Positions 1-12,367 of a stretch of DNA of 64,000 nt are shown here, piece by piece. Made by a program: the position numbers and the translations under genes. This DNA is from Rotaria socialis (lineage: Eukaryota). The first letter of the stretch is position 1. The number at the start of each line of letters is the position of its first letter. Below the pieces are notes generated by a model. The model was not told the origin of the DNA, made no database searches, and saw only the letters and a program-made list of their open reading frames with translations. The stretch is taken from assembly GCA_905331295.1 (NCBI GenBank), contig CAJNYD010000044.1, positions 124,001 through 188,000 of the forward strand. The letters run 5' to 3'.

Positions 1-946
1 TGCCCACATACAGATGCTATTATTTCTTAATTTGAAATGACTCCGGTTCGTATAGTGATTTAGAATTAAACAATTAGACTTTATGCTTGTATATATTCAT
101 CCATCTAATCATTCTGTTGACAGTATTATCTTTGAAGAAGAATAAAGTATTGTTGGTAAAATATAAAATGATCAAAAATTATTATCGTGATGTCGCACAA
201 CTTCGAAATCCCAAATCATGGAGGTACGACAGGAAGAAATCTGATCTCTGAAAGTTCCCGCCGATTTGAAGTAGTCATCCATGTAAAAAAATAAGGAACA
301 TATTAGATTGAAAAGCGGTTATAATCGAAGAAACAGATACTCTGCTATACTTCATATTTTATATCATAACAATAAAGCAATAAAGTCTAATTTCTTATTT
401 ACTCTTAACGATTGGCGTAAACGATTTCAATCATATGCATAGAGCGGAAAAAAATCACTTTTAAGAATATTCATGTCTTCTGATAGTCGCAACTCAGCAG
501 TGTTTAGATTTCCAAAACAAGGAAGTTACGGAAAATTCAGAAGTTTTGAATCTGATATCTCCGTTATTAGAAAAAATTCAATAATTTCCAAAATTTATGT
601 CCTTCAAATTTCCCGAAAATACTTTTCTTTGACTTTACGTGGTTTTGAAGATAATGGCAATTTCTGTAATTTCCTTTTTCGGAACTCTGAACATACCTCG
701 TTAGAATTATGAATTAAAACCTTGAGAGAGACAGTAACAAAAAACATTCATAATATTAATATTGAACGGTGTACCTTACGAGAAATAATTTCTTTTGGTG
801 AATTCATTTCTTACTTCATATGTCAGTCTTCCACAGTGAAAATCAGCATCAAAGTAATCAAAGGACTAATTATACTACTATATAAGTGTGTGCCTTACGG
901 GAAATAACTTTCTTCGGTGCTTTATTTTCTAATTGCATATTTAAGT

Positions 947-1055
947 CGGGGCTGCCACCTCTTCTGCGTTTAGTAAAAAAATTCTGCTTTTTGAAGGTTT
1001 TTCTGCTTCTTTTCTGTCGTTTCTGATTTTTGAAGATTTTTCTGCTTTTCTTTAT
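947..1055 (+). mobile_element. Decayed DNA-transposon end (hAT-like) with subterminal TTTCTG repeats
   Basis: GGGGCTGCCACC resembles the AGGGTTGCCA type of terminus. About six TTTCTG(C) motifs follow. The partner end is not visible because a gap lies nearby. Confidence 0.35.
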
Positions 1056-1266
1056 ACCGCGTTATTTATATTTTGAACGAGCATTTTTCATCTCAAAGAT
1101 CTTTTTCCATAATTACAAAAGAATCGTGATCACCCTAGTCAACTCTCCCTAGGGATTTCGTTCTTTTATGGGGACTCACTGGGGACTCCCCGGGAAGTTA
1201 TATGACCAAAATCGATGAAATATCTAATTACTAATAAATTCTTCTAAATTTTTTAAAATTTAAAAA

Positions 1267-1366
1267 NNNNNNNNNNNNNNNNNNNNNNNNNNNNNNNNNN
1301 NNNNNNNNNNNNNNNNNNNNNNNNNNNNNNNNNNNNNNNNNNNNNNNNNNNNNNNNNNNNNNNNNN
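1267..1366. other. Assembly gap (100 N)
   Basis: Run of 100 N characters. Confidence 0.99.
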
Positions 1367-3347
1367 TGAGAAAAATATCGATTATAATGCCGCATTTCTT
1401 CGCTGAAATCATAAAGTCAACTATAGCTTTGGGTTTATCGTGAAACAGCCATCAGAACTTTTGGAAAATAATAGTTTGTCTCCAATCGAGAGATTCTTTA
1501 TGTAGTATGCTAAAGACGAAAATTGGAATTAGTTAGAATATTCTCCTTACTAGAGGGATACTGTGGAATTTGCTTTATAAAATGCAATAGTCAGTCCTTG
1601 TTCAAGTGTGACTTCTGAATGAAAGTCCCTGAAAAGTTTATTTTTCCGCAATGGCTCACTCCGTTTTCGTGAATATCTATATATCTATATACGTGTATAT
1701 ATATAGATATTGGATATCGTTGATCAATTCTTTTCATATTTGTATATTATCCACAACTATTGGAACTTATAGCTTCTGCCACTTTGGCTGTTAGACTATT
1801 CAATTATTTTGTGTAATTTTCTGTTTTCAGAAAGATACAGATGCATCAACACCACGATGTATTTTCTGGTCTGCATGGTTATTTATCAAAATTAGCACAC
1901 TGTTCTCGAAAAGGAAAAAATAACGCTACATTAATATAAGAGCTTGGCTTGAGTATAGGGTTCGTTGAAGAAAATTTGTATTAGAGTTTGCACGAGATAT
2001 AATACTCTTGTATGATTGTTATGAGATAATAAACGATACTACGTTAAAGAGAGCGCAGTAAAATAAACATGCAGAATAGCAACAATATAGATTTATCTTC
2101 TAATTAAAAATATTTCAGAAGCAAATCAGTTTTGTTTTCGTGTAAGTATTCATGTTTATTTTTATCCAATCAGAGTCAATCTCGTGAGCTTTTAGTAAGG
2201 CTCATCAGAGAAATCTAAACTATTGCTACGCATTGCAGCGTCACAAGTGGAATATCTATTGACTGGATATGAAGAAAAATTCATACCCATATGTTTGTAA
2301 GCATTATTTCCAAAGAAATCGAGAGTTATGGTAACGATTGACTAGCGCATCTTGCGAAGGTCTGCTCTATTGAACTAATAAAAGAAATATTCTAGCTTAT
2401 GTTAATGGTTCTATCAGCTTTTTTCTATAACTCTCGTCTCTAGAACACAACATGGAGAACCCATGAACCATAAAAAATAAGGCTTCATTTCCCTTAGAAT
2501 GTGATGCAGTTTTTCACAAGAACTCTGAATCTATAGTTGGTTGAATAATTTAAGGTACTCTAAAAATTTTATTTAGCTTATGTATTATCATCGGATTAAG
2601 CCGGTAGGATCCCATGGGAACATCCGAATAACAGTATTTTTCATCTAAACAAACATTTACATTTGTATGCTAATATTTAACCTACCAAAATATATAATAG
2701 AAGAAAAATGTTCGACTTGATTTGAATGATTTTCATATCTCATTGAGTACTGAAATCAAATAAATTTCAATGATTCATTTCCTTGTAATCATTCATTGAA
2801 TACAGACAGTAATTAAACTTCATTCTTGAAGTGAAAAAAATTTGAACGTGATTAGAAAGATTGAAAATACGATGGAAAATAAAGAACGAGCAGTTTTCCT
2901 TCATACAAAAAGGGTATCGAAGTGAATGTTTGTAAGCTTCTTTTATTTACTTTTATTTTAAATAAAACAATCAAATAGAGTATTTTTTTTTCTTTCGCTT
3001 GCTCTTGATTCAATAACTAATGCTTCACTGGTAGCTCACATTTTTTTTAGTATTCTGTTACTTGCTCCTCGAATGACGAACATGTAAATCAGAATCAAAA
3101 AATTATTTTACTAAAACTCGTTGAAACAGCTAATTTTTTACTAAGACATACGTAACTGTTGTTATCTTTTGCTATTCTGACAAAAGCTATGAAAAAAACA
3201 TGCCAAGAAACATTTAATTCTTGTACTGTTCACTTTTCTACGAAGTTGAGTCAATAAATTTTGATTTTTTCATTTCATATGCCTTATCAACAGGAACACG
3301 AATAAGAAGAAAAAAAAACACTGTAACAAAATACAATAAAATACGCA

Positions 3348-5898
3348 ATGGTCGATCGCATCGAAACAAGGTAAATATTATATAGATATGTTTAGAATTC
3401 AATTATTTTCAAAAAATGTCCTGTTCAATTTTTATAGATCATATGCAAACAAGATTGATCTTCGCCTTCAAACATTAATTACATCTCCGTATGCACAACA
3501 ACAATTGCAACTTGCTGGTTTGGTATATAAAATAACCTGATAAAATTTTTAGTTCATTTTTTTCTTGCAGAACTTCAAAAATTATCTTCATACATTTCTT
3601 TTCCAAATATCTATCAAATGTTTTTGCTTCAATATTTAGATAAATCATCGTGGACAAATAGTTGCATCCAATGCCTATATTCGTAGTCTAGCACAACGAA
3701 AATGTCAACAACAAGATCATGAAGCAATAGCGAAAGATATTCTTCTACAGTTTGTTATTTTAATGATTCATTTCTAGTGCTTATTAATATAGATTTTAGA
3801 ACATTAAAAATTGATCAAAATAATCGACGAGGTCGTCGCCATCAGTTTGAAATTGCTACACGACGTGCTGTAAATAGTAATTTTGACGTGAGCTCAATGA
3901 AATCTGCAATATCATGAAGATCGTGCTTTTCTTTTCGTTCATAAAGGCTATTAATAAACACTATCGAAAGCAATCATATGGACGTAAAAAATCCCGTGAA
4001 AAAAGTGCTCCTGGCTATCTTTCGGTGAGAATCAAATATGATTCATTATCACACTCTAATAGACTTATTTCAGAAAGCAGAAAATGAGGTTAAACAACGT
4101 ACACGAGTGACTTCTGCTCACAAAAGAATATTAAAAACAGAGAACGATACAGAAGAATCTTCTGATCAACAAAATCGTATTGAATCAGTAAGTCGCTGAT
4201 ATTATTCGATTTTTATTCAAGGCCGCTTTTCTTCAGTTGGATAAATCATATGTACTTTCTTTGGAACGTCAAACGTGCAATTTAAATATGTCTTATGGAT
4301 TAAAGACGACTAACAAAACTAAACAAATTAACCGTGATGAAATTGTTGTCATGCAACAGCACAGCACTGGCGAAAATGTAGTTGTTTTCAGAGGACTTTT
4401 AAACGAAGGCGGTAACTATATCAATTACACCAATTATTAGACATTGTTTCGTTTTGTCTATAGAATCCTTTTCATTTAAATCACAACGTCGACCAACATC
4501 TCCACTTTCATTGGCTTTCTATGCTAAAGGATTTATTGACAGTTTGGTGAATGATTGTTGTGAATTTAAATATGGTAGAAGAAATCAACACATCAATGAA
4601 CATAGTAAATTTTTTGTTGAACGAGTTCGAAAAGCTAGTCCCTGTGAGAAGTAAGTTGAATACTTGTTAGAAAAGACAAAATTACCTTATAAAAACATGA
4701 TAAATTTTACTAGTTGTCGAAGAAAATATATTCAAAGAGAAATAACACCAACTGCTGATGGTGCACCATCGACTACTGTAAGTATAATCTCTATTATGCG
4801 AAATTCAAAGAACTAATCAAATAAACACATAAATATACGATTCAAGTTAAGTGACCTATTTCGGTAATCGTTTATATTTACAATTTATCTACAATAATTT
4901 TCAAAAAAAGAATATTTGTCTACAATAAGGCTTTTTCATTGTACACATCAACTTTTTTTCCATTTAATTTAAGATACCAAAGGAGCATTCTCCAATTGTA
5001 CTTCAATCTTTGTTAATATCAACATCTGAGCCCATAAGTAAAATCAACACATTCATCCAGATAGAAGAAAAAACGATCTATTCTCATATTTTTCTAGTCG
5101 AAAATCCAAAACTTGATTTAGCTGAAAAATCAAATTTAAACTTTAAAGAACATAATGGGAATAAAAAAGTGAACTATCACGTTTTTCTTGAATGTTAACG
5201 ATCTATCGTGTTTTTTTTATAGGCAACAAAATATAGAAAACACCGTGATACTATTAACAGTACTAATGAGAATGGTAAGCACTCATTTAAACGCCTCAAT
5301 TTTATAAATATTTGATCTTTTGTTACAGATGACAAGGATAAAAAGGTTAAGCAACATCAGTAAATGTAATTTTTTATTTTTCTGATTAAAATAGGCAACA
5401 GATGAACAAACGAATAAGCAACAATTTTCCAAAGTTTCTTCTCACCAACAAATAACTAGAGGTAAAAATCGTTCGCATGAAAAATGCTTGCTCTAAACAT
5501 ATTTTTACAGAAAAAGCAGCATCAGTGGACTTTGGTCTTCTAGCGTATACACTTCTTCAAGAAAGAAAGTCACCATTACCAAAACCAAGAATGGCAAAAA
5601 AACCCAGCAATATATCGATTATCAAAGGAAATTCAACCAGAAAAAAGACGCAACTTATACCCAGTAAGTATTTTTTGGGAAACAAATTGGCTTATCAATA
5701 AAAATATTTATCTATATAGAAGAGAACACATCAGCTACGCCATCACAAGGAAAAGAAATTATGCAAGCATGGGTTAACGAAACAGACTATATTCATTGGG
5801 ATCCACACAATTCACCTCTTAGTGCGAGTACAATCGATGCGGACACTCTTTCTCAAACGTCTGTAACGCATGTACAACAACGTATGTTTCCTAGCTAA
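3348..5898 (+). CDS. Multi-exon gene, uncharacterised hydrophilic protein
   Basis: GT-AG exons join into MVDRIETR|SYANKIDLRLQTLITSPYAQQQLQLA|..NHRGQIVASNAYIRSLAQRKCQQQDHE..|AINKHYRKQSYGRKKSREKSAPGYLS|KAENEVKQR.. and end in ..THVQQRMFPS*. No family recognised. Some internal boundaries are uncertain. Confidence 0.6.
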
Positions 5899-7157
5899 GA
5901 CGATAATAATTATTTTGAGTGTAATTTTTATTGGAAAAAATAATATATTAAAAGAGCACTTTAACTGTATTCGTTCTGTATATTCACGAAGAAAAATATG
6001 TTTGCGACTTACGCTAGTGTCCAGAATCGACTTGAAAACGAAGTAATGTTACACTTCTTATATTACTATACATACATATACTATTAATGAAAGGCAATAA
6101 AAGTGATTTGATAAATTCGAACATCATTTTCGATCCTGTGAAATAGTTCAATGGCATATTGAAAGCACTGCCGTATAAATCTTCCACAGAGCAGAACCCG
6201 ACATACTTTTAAAATTTTCTTTTTTCAACCGACATGTTCATTGCCAATTGGAATCGAAATTCTTGAAAATACCCATAGCTGCTTATCGCACATGTCAAAC
6301 GAGAATTTGAATGTAGAAATACTAATTTTACAACCCATGCCCAATGATACCGTATAAAATAAGACTTATTGAATATATACATGAAATTGCACTTGAATCT
6401 TTTCCATTACCGATGTCATGCTAGATATAGAAGAAAATTTGCTCTCAAAAAAAGTTGTGAACAACGAAACCATACATTCCATTATGGATGAAATATTTCA
6501 TGATCTTGATAGTTTTTATGCTGAGCAAGAAGAAAAAAAATTGTACACTCGAGCAATTTCAAAAAGCTCTTGAAGTCTATCCAGGGACGTCCATGAAACA
6601 AAATTAAAAGTAACATCACTAATAAATGTACTATTTCATAACTGATTCCTATTCTTTTTTTTAGAGTACAGCAACACAATAAGTGACTGAAGATACACGA
6701 AAACTCAAATGTTATCAATAGTTAAGTTCCATTCATAACAATAAAGATTATATTCATTATTGAAAAACAGAGTTAACAAAATTCATGATGCCTAATTTTA
6801 TGTAGGAAGCATCAATACACATTTCATATCGTTGTTCATATCGATGCTTAATAAAATATTTGTCAGAATTTTAGCTGTTTTTATTTCATGGAAAAATATT
6901 GATACTATGTGTTGTCTCGTTAAAATTTTCGCTGTAGCACTCAATCAGTTTATGTATGAAATACATTCATTTGTTGTATTATTAGTATAGATTAGACCGC
7001 ACCATTGATTCGAGATTTTCATTCAAAGACAAATAATAACAAAATTAAATATTATATTTATCAGTAGGATGATGTTTATATTAGAAAATAAGAAGACTTT
7101 TCAAAAAGACATACAACACAAAATGTATATACGGAAAAAGAGACGTATACAAATATA

Positions 7158-9287
7158 TCAAAAGGCACTTTTCACATGTTGAGCTTCGATAATAACTTTA
7201 ACTGGTCGAGCATTTGATAACTGTTTTCCCGCAGACTGACTTCTGTTTAAAGCAAAAGAAATATATTTATTTTTATGTCATTAATAAAAATTAATCATAC
7301 GTACTCCAGTACACGTCTCGATGATAAAATCATTAATGGATTTGTTTGACTCATTATTTCATCATTAACTGAAATACCATCAAGATATTGTTTTAATAAC
7401 ATTTTTAATTGCATATTTTCTGATTGTAAAATACTTCGTTCCTTTTCTAAAGTTAATTTATCTAATGATACTTTACTAAATCGTTTCCAAAACATTTCAA
7501 GCGAATCAAATGTATACATATCCTTAGATAATAAAAAAACACACACACACAAAATAATCCATAAGTTGATGAAGAAAATAAAATCATACTTTTGCTAGTT
7601 CTTCAAATGGCGGTTCATAAAATGCTGTTTCAACTTCAGCACGTTCTTCATCAGACAATGTTGATGAATAGAATGGTAGAATTTTTTCTTCTTCAGCTTC
7701 TAATTTTCGACACATTTCAGAGAATATTAAAATAATTTCAGCTGTTTTAACATGTTTTTCAAGTTTTTTTTCAACTGTATCGCATGCTGTAGCAAGTTTA
7801 ATTAAACGTCGACGTAACTCATCTTGCATGTCCAATAATTGAGACTTTAATTGAAGTAAATACTGTTTCATGCTTTCTTTTTCCTAGGAAAAGAAAAAAA
7901 GAAGCGCTAATAAATTTAAAAAATTAAAACTTCTCTGGTATGTAGTCTACTATATTTATCTTCAAGAGTAGCTGCGTAGGAAATAATGTTCAAAAAGTCA
8001 AGCTTTCAGATTCATGATAAAGAGTAATTTCCTCAGTGTTACTAACAGAGAATTCCTGACAAATAAGAGTTAGATAAATTTCTCTTGAATGTTTCTCGCA
8101 CTACTGTTTTAAAGAGTCATACTTCGATATCTTTATTTTAACTATGAATTTAAAATTCTCATTACTTGTTGCCTACAAAATTACATTTTTAATTAAATTT
8201 ACCTGTGCAACTTTATTCATTCTTGCTTGATGATTGGCTTCGAGAGCTGCGATTTGAGATTTAACGCCATTAATTTTTTCCTAGAATATTTCAATCGTTA
8301 GTTTTTTGTAAGATCATATTTTCTGTTCAGTACTTACAGTTATCTTGTTAATATAAATTGTTGCATCACGAATTTCTTTAGAATTTTTTTCATCTTTCAT
8401 TTTATATTCTTGATATTGTGCTTTACTTTCTCTGGTTCGTTCTTTATAATTATTTGTTATGCTTGTCATTTCATTTTGTAATGACGTTGAACGACTTTCA
8501 ACATTCAATTGATATTGTTGTAGATCTTCTCGATACTTGAAAAGAAGAAAACAAAAATAGCCGATGATAGTCAGAGGAGCGTTATTTTGACTAAAATCTA
8601 CAAACTTTATTACGTAGTTCTTCCATATTCTCTTCGAAATTTCGTTCAGCTAATTTTTCTGCATCAAAAAACGTTTTTTCCATATTATAGATAATATCCT
8701 GCAATTCAGTTTTTGAGATATCATGATCACGAATAATTCTCGCACGTTCTTCACGAAATTCATATTTTATCTGTTCAACATCTTTTTCATATTGTTCAAG
8801 TAGTTTTTCAATGGTTGATGTGTGCATTGCTATGTATGAAATTGAAGGGAAAAAAGCATTTCCATCAAATTTTCACTTACTAATCATTTTTTCAATAGCT
8901 TCAAAAAAACTTCGTAATGACATATTATATTGTTCTTCCGCTTCTTCAATATCTTTCGATGATGCTTTAATGACGGTATCTTTTCGATCAATAATACGTC
9001 CGAATGTTTGTGATAAAATTTCAATTTCTTTTTTTAATTCTTTTGATTTTGCTGCTCTCATTACCATCAGCCATTGCGTATTTAATTTAAATGTATTATT
9101 TTGCGTAAATTTTTCTTCACGTGTTAATTTTTCCTTTAAAAAATTTATGTTTGGAAAGAATTTATATTATTTTATTAGATAAACCTACTCGTAGAAAATT
9201 ATCCATAACAGCTTCTTTGACTTTATTTTGCACCTCTTCTTCGAGGGCCTTTTGCGTAGCAAGAAGATCTTGTTCTGATGTTTCCAT
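7158..9287 (-). CDS. CCDC65: Dynein regulatory complex subunit 2 (CCDC65/DRC2)
   Basis: METSEQDLLATQKALEEE..FLR|EKLTREEKFTQNNTFKLNTQWLMVMRAAKSKELKKEIEILSQTFGRIIDRKDTVIK..DIEEAEEQY, then EMCRKLEAEEEKILPFY, FWKRFSKV.LDKL and LKQYLDGISV match DRC2 hallmark motifs. Stop TGA at 7158-7160. Confidence 0.93.
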
Positions 9288-9360
9288 TTTGTTTTTCTTT
9301 TTTCCTTATCTATAAAATAAAATGGTTAAAATAATAAATATAAAGAATTGATTTATTTAG

Positions 9361-9388
9361 AAATAAAATAAAATAAAATAAAATAAAA
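9361..9388. repeat. (AAAAT)n tandem repeat; U-rich tract on the minus-strand transcript
   Basis: aaataaaataaaataaaataaaataaaa lies in the CFAP68-CCDC65 spacer. Confidence 0.9.
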
Positions 9389-9411
9389 TTTTGCAAAGCT
9401 GTTCTTCTAAT

Positions 9412-10028
9412 CTATTTAGCTCCGGGATTTATTTCCATACAAGCGATACAACGATTTTTAACTGCTGGATCTTGACGATAGTCGACAGTGAGTGTATATG
9501 GTTCAGGTTTTGGATCAACTGTATATGTACGATCTTTACAATGTAAACAAACTTTTGTTGTTGTTGGCCATGCTGGATCATCAGGTGCCAATGCACGCTG
9601 ACAATTGCGGCAATAGCCAGAACGATATTCAGTTAAATAAGTATTAACTGATGTTTTCATTTGAGGAAAATCGAATTCCGGTTGATGACCCGGGAATGCA
9701 TAAGCACGAGGAACTAAGAGGAAGTTTTCATTTCAATAGTCAATTTATCTTCAATAAAAAGACTCACGTTCAAGGTTACGCACTTCAGGTCGTGGTGGAT
9801 CCCCTCGAATAGTACCATAAGCACATTCATATGTTGTACCAAAATGATGATCATTCTTTAAACAAATCAATGTTAAAATGTACAAGAATGAATGAGATAA
9901 CGAGAATCAACCTGAGAAGGAAGAGGTTTTTGTATTCGTTCGTTTTTTACATCAGCTCGTTCTTCTAGCCAATTATTAATTAATGTATGATTGCTGTAGG
10001 GACGACGAACGGATCGTGCTTGGATCAT
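9412..10028 (-). CDS. CFAP68: CFAP68/C11orf1 (UPF0686) ciliary microtubule inner protein, with Cys-rich C-terminal extension
   Basis: Three exons: MIQARSVRRPYSNHTLIINWLEERADVKNERIQKPLPSQ|NDHHFGTTYECAY..|..AYAFPGHQPEFD.. These match the C11orf1 motifs YSNRTLMGNW..ER, KPLPSQ..HYFETTY and FPGHQPELD. Confidence 0.85.
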
Positions 10029-10104
10029 ATTAAAATTAATGTTATAGAATCGACAAATATGTTAACAAATACAAGATGTCATACATAGAAAAATTTTGTT
10101 TTTC

Positions 10105-10117
10105 GTTACTTAGCAAC
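10105..10117. promoter_or_regulatory. RFX X-box
   Basis: GTTACTTAGCAAC (reverse GTTGCTAAGTAAC) fits GTYRCY-N-RGYAAC and lies about 80 bp upstream of the CFAP68 ATG. Confidence 0.75.
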
Positions 10118-10359
10118 GAACAAAACTTCAACGTTTTATCTAATGAGAAGATTTAGTATTTCTTTGCTTTGGAATATATCTGAAATAAAATCTGACGTTT
10201 CTTATAAATCTTTCAAATTCCATCATACGTTGCCTTTATACTAGCGCCCTCTCTTGGTCAGTAATTCATATATTTTAAAACCTTATTTTATTTCATCGCA
10301 AAAGAAAAGTAGAACAAATTTAATAAATGTCTATAGAAGAGTCAATTAGATAAATAGGC

Positions 10360-11038
10360 TTAAAATTTCTTCAGATAAACGAAGATATTGATCATGAAAA
10401 ATGCATATGGAACATATGACCAAACCAATCTTTCAGTTCCACTAATAGTGCTAACGGTTGGGCATGGTGGACCTGTTGCTGTGGACGTATTCGCTACAGT
10501 GCCATTCGCGTCGAGAATACTAGTTATATTCACATATTCTGTGCAAGGAACTGTTTGATAAACGGTTCTTTCTCCTACAATAAATAAACTTGAGATTTGA
10601 AAGAAAACTGATTAATTGAAAGAAAAAGCATACGAGCAAGAAAACCAAGTTCGACCGCTAGCGCTGCAAGAAGCAACGTAAGAAGAAGTCCTATGAGTAA
10701 ATAAGCCCAACAAGGACATAAACATGAACGACATAATGATGATGCGCATGGTGGACAACAGCATTGACATCGACTTATATTCGTCTATTGGTCAAGCAAT
10801 AAAACAATTTGAGAAACGTTTTAATGAACAATTTTATCTTACACTGAGAAGTTTTGTATTTCGAACACGTTGTTTTATCGGTGGTGTGATTTGAGTTTCA
10901 GTGACATAATGAGTTTCACCAATTAAATTACCTGGTTGAAGACCGATTGAAGCCTAAGTTGAAAAATGCTTTTAGCACAAGACAATTCCCTAGTCATCTT
11001 ACGGCTTGTCGTGTTGTATAAGTCGCGGGAGCAGCCAT
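10360..11038 (-). CDS. Small Cys-rich membrane protein with one TM helix and a hydrophobic C-terminus
   Basis: Four exons: MAAPATYTTRQA|ASIGLQPGNLIGETHYVTETQITPPIKQRVRNTKLLS|TNISRCQCCCPPCASSLCRSCLCPCWAYLLIGLLLTLLLAALAVELGFLA|RERTVYQTVPCTEYVNITSILDANGTVANTSTATGPPCPTVSTISGTERLVWSYVPYAFFMINIFVYLKKF*. Splice phases are consistent. Confidence 0.75.
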
Positions 11039-11487
11039 GATGATTCTTCTTGATTAATTCTTGAAATGATCAGAAATTCGACTTCATTCTTATTTAATGA
11101 AAAGTGAGCATAAAGTATTTATCTTGAAATAGAATCTTTTCGTTGAAATTTTATTTTTTTAGCAGCAAAGAGAGAGAGAGAGAGAGGGGGAGACCGATGA
11201 ATTTCAAGAACAAATGGTTAAAAAAATGTATACTTGAACTTAATATCATTTTTTACCATGCTTTTGTTTTGTACGCAGCAAATTTTTATTATGAAATCAA
11301 TTATTGGTATTGAATATTGATTTATCGATCTTCAATTATTAAAATGCTTTTCTCATGTTATTTCGTTATCTGACCTTAGAAATTAATAATATTCAATGAT
11401 TCCCATTTGATTCAGAAAGTGTTCTGTTTTCTTTTTCAAACTTCAATTTCTATTATTTTTAATCAGGTTACTCATTCAATTTACCAT

Positions 11488-11660
11488 GAACGGTTACCAT
11501 GAACAAAAAGAACAACGAGATCATTTTTTACTTGACTTCTGTATTTAAACAGCAAACTGATATCTTTCTAACGGTTCTGTTCTATTTGAATGCGTAACGG
11601 TTACTTTGTTCGCCGTTAGTTCTTAATTGAAGTGTAACGGTCACGGATCTATATAAAAGG
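11488..11660 (+). promoter_or_regulatory. Promoter with clustered Myb-type YAACGG sites and a TATA box
   Basis: TAACGG at 11569, 11595 and 11635, CCGTTA at 11613, GAACGG at 11488. TATATAAAA at 11650-11658 lies about 50 bp before the ATG. Confidence 0.6.
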
Positions 11661-11708
11661 AATGTGTTCTGTTCAATTTTTTCTCATTATCTATAATCTA
11701 AAACAACA

Positions 11709-12367
11709 ATGTTCCGTCATCAACAATCAGCCAAACCATGTCCAAATATTTGTTCGCCTGTACAAGTAAGTTAGCTGTTTCACTTCGAAGTTCTTGTATG
11801 GAAACGGATTTTAGAAAATACATTCAACGCCAATGCGTCTTTGGATTTCAAACATTCCATATTATTGGTCAACCATTGAACTTGAAAATATATTTTCAGT
11901 AGGTTTATTTTTGATGCTACATTAGTTTTGCTTTAATTGTAATTTTTTTCTCATAATGTATAGACATTTGGTCAAGTCTATGATGTTGAAATACCATTAA
12001 AAAATGGCCAATCAAGAGGCTACGGATTTGTAACATTTGAAAAGTATAAGCATTTGATGAACAATCAAAATAAAGAAAATATGATTTGATCTATATTTCA
12101 GACAAGCTGATGCAATACGAGCTATTCAAGCTATGGATGGACAAACAATTAATGGTCGTAGTATGCAAGTAAGTAGTTGAACGAAACAATACTTAACTAT
12201 TCATTTACTTTCTCAAGGTATATCAAGCACATGTAAAACAAAAATCTTTATTGAAATCTTATTTTGTGATTCAATCACTCGATCGGCCGTTATTTGGTGG
12301 ATGCTATTGCTGTAAATCGAACAAAATAAATCGTATGAATTATGGTCAAGCACATCAATGTCAATGA
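11709..12367 (+). CDS. Single-RRM RNA-binding protein, RBFOX/Fox-1-like
   Basis: Five exons: PMRLWISNIPYYWSTIELENIFS|TFGQVYDVEIPLKNGQSRGYGFVTFEK|QADAIRAIQAMDGQTINGRSMQ|VYQA. RNP1 is RGYGFVTF. The sequence aligns with the Fox RRM (PKRLHVSNIPF..DVEI..KGFGFVTFE). Confidence 0.85.
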
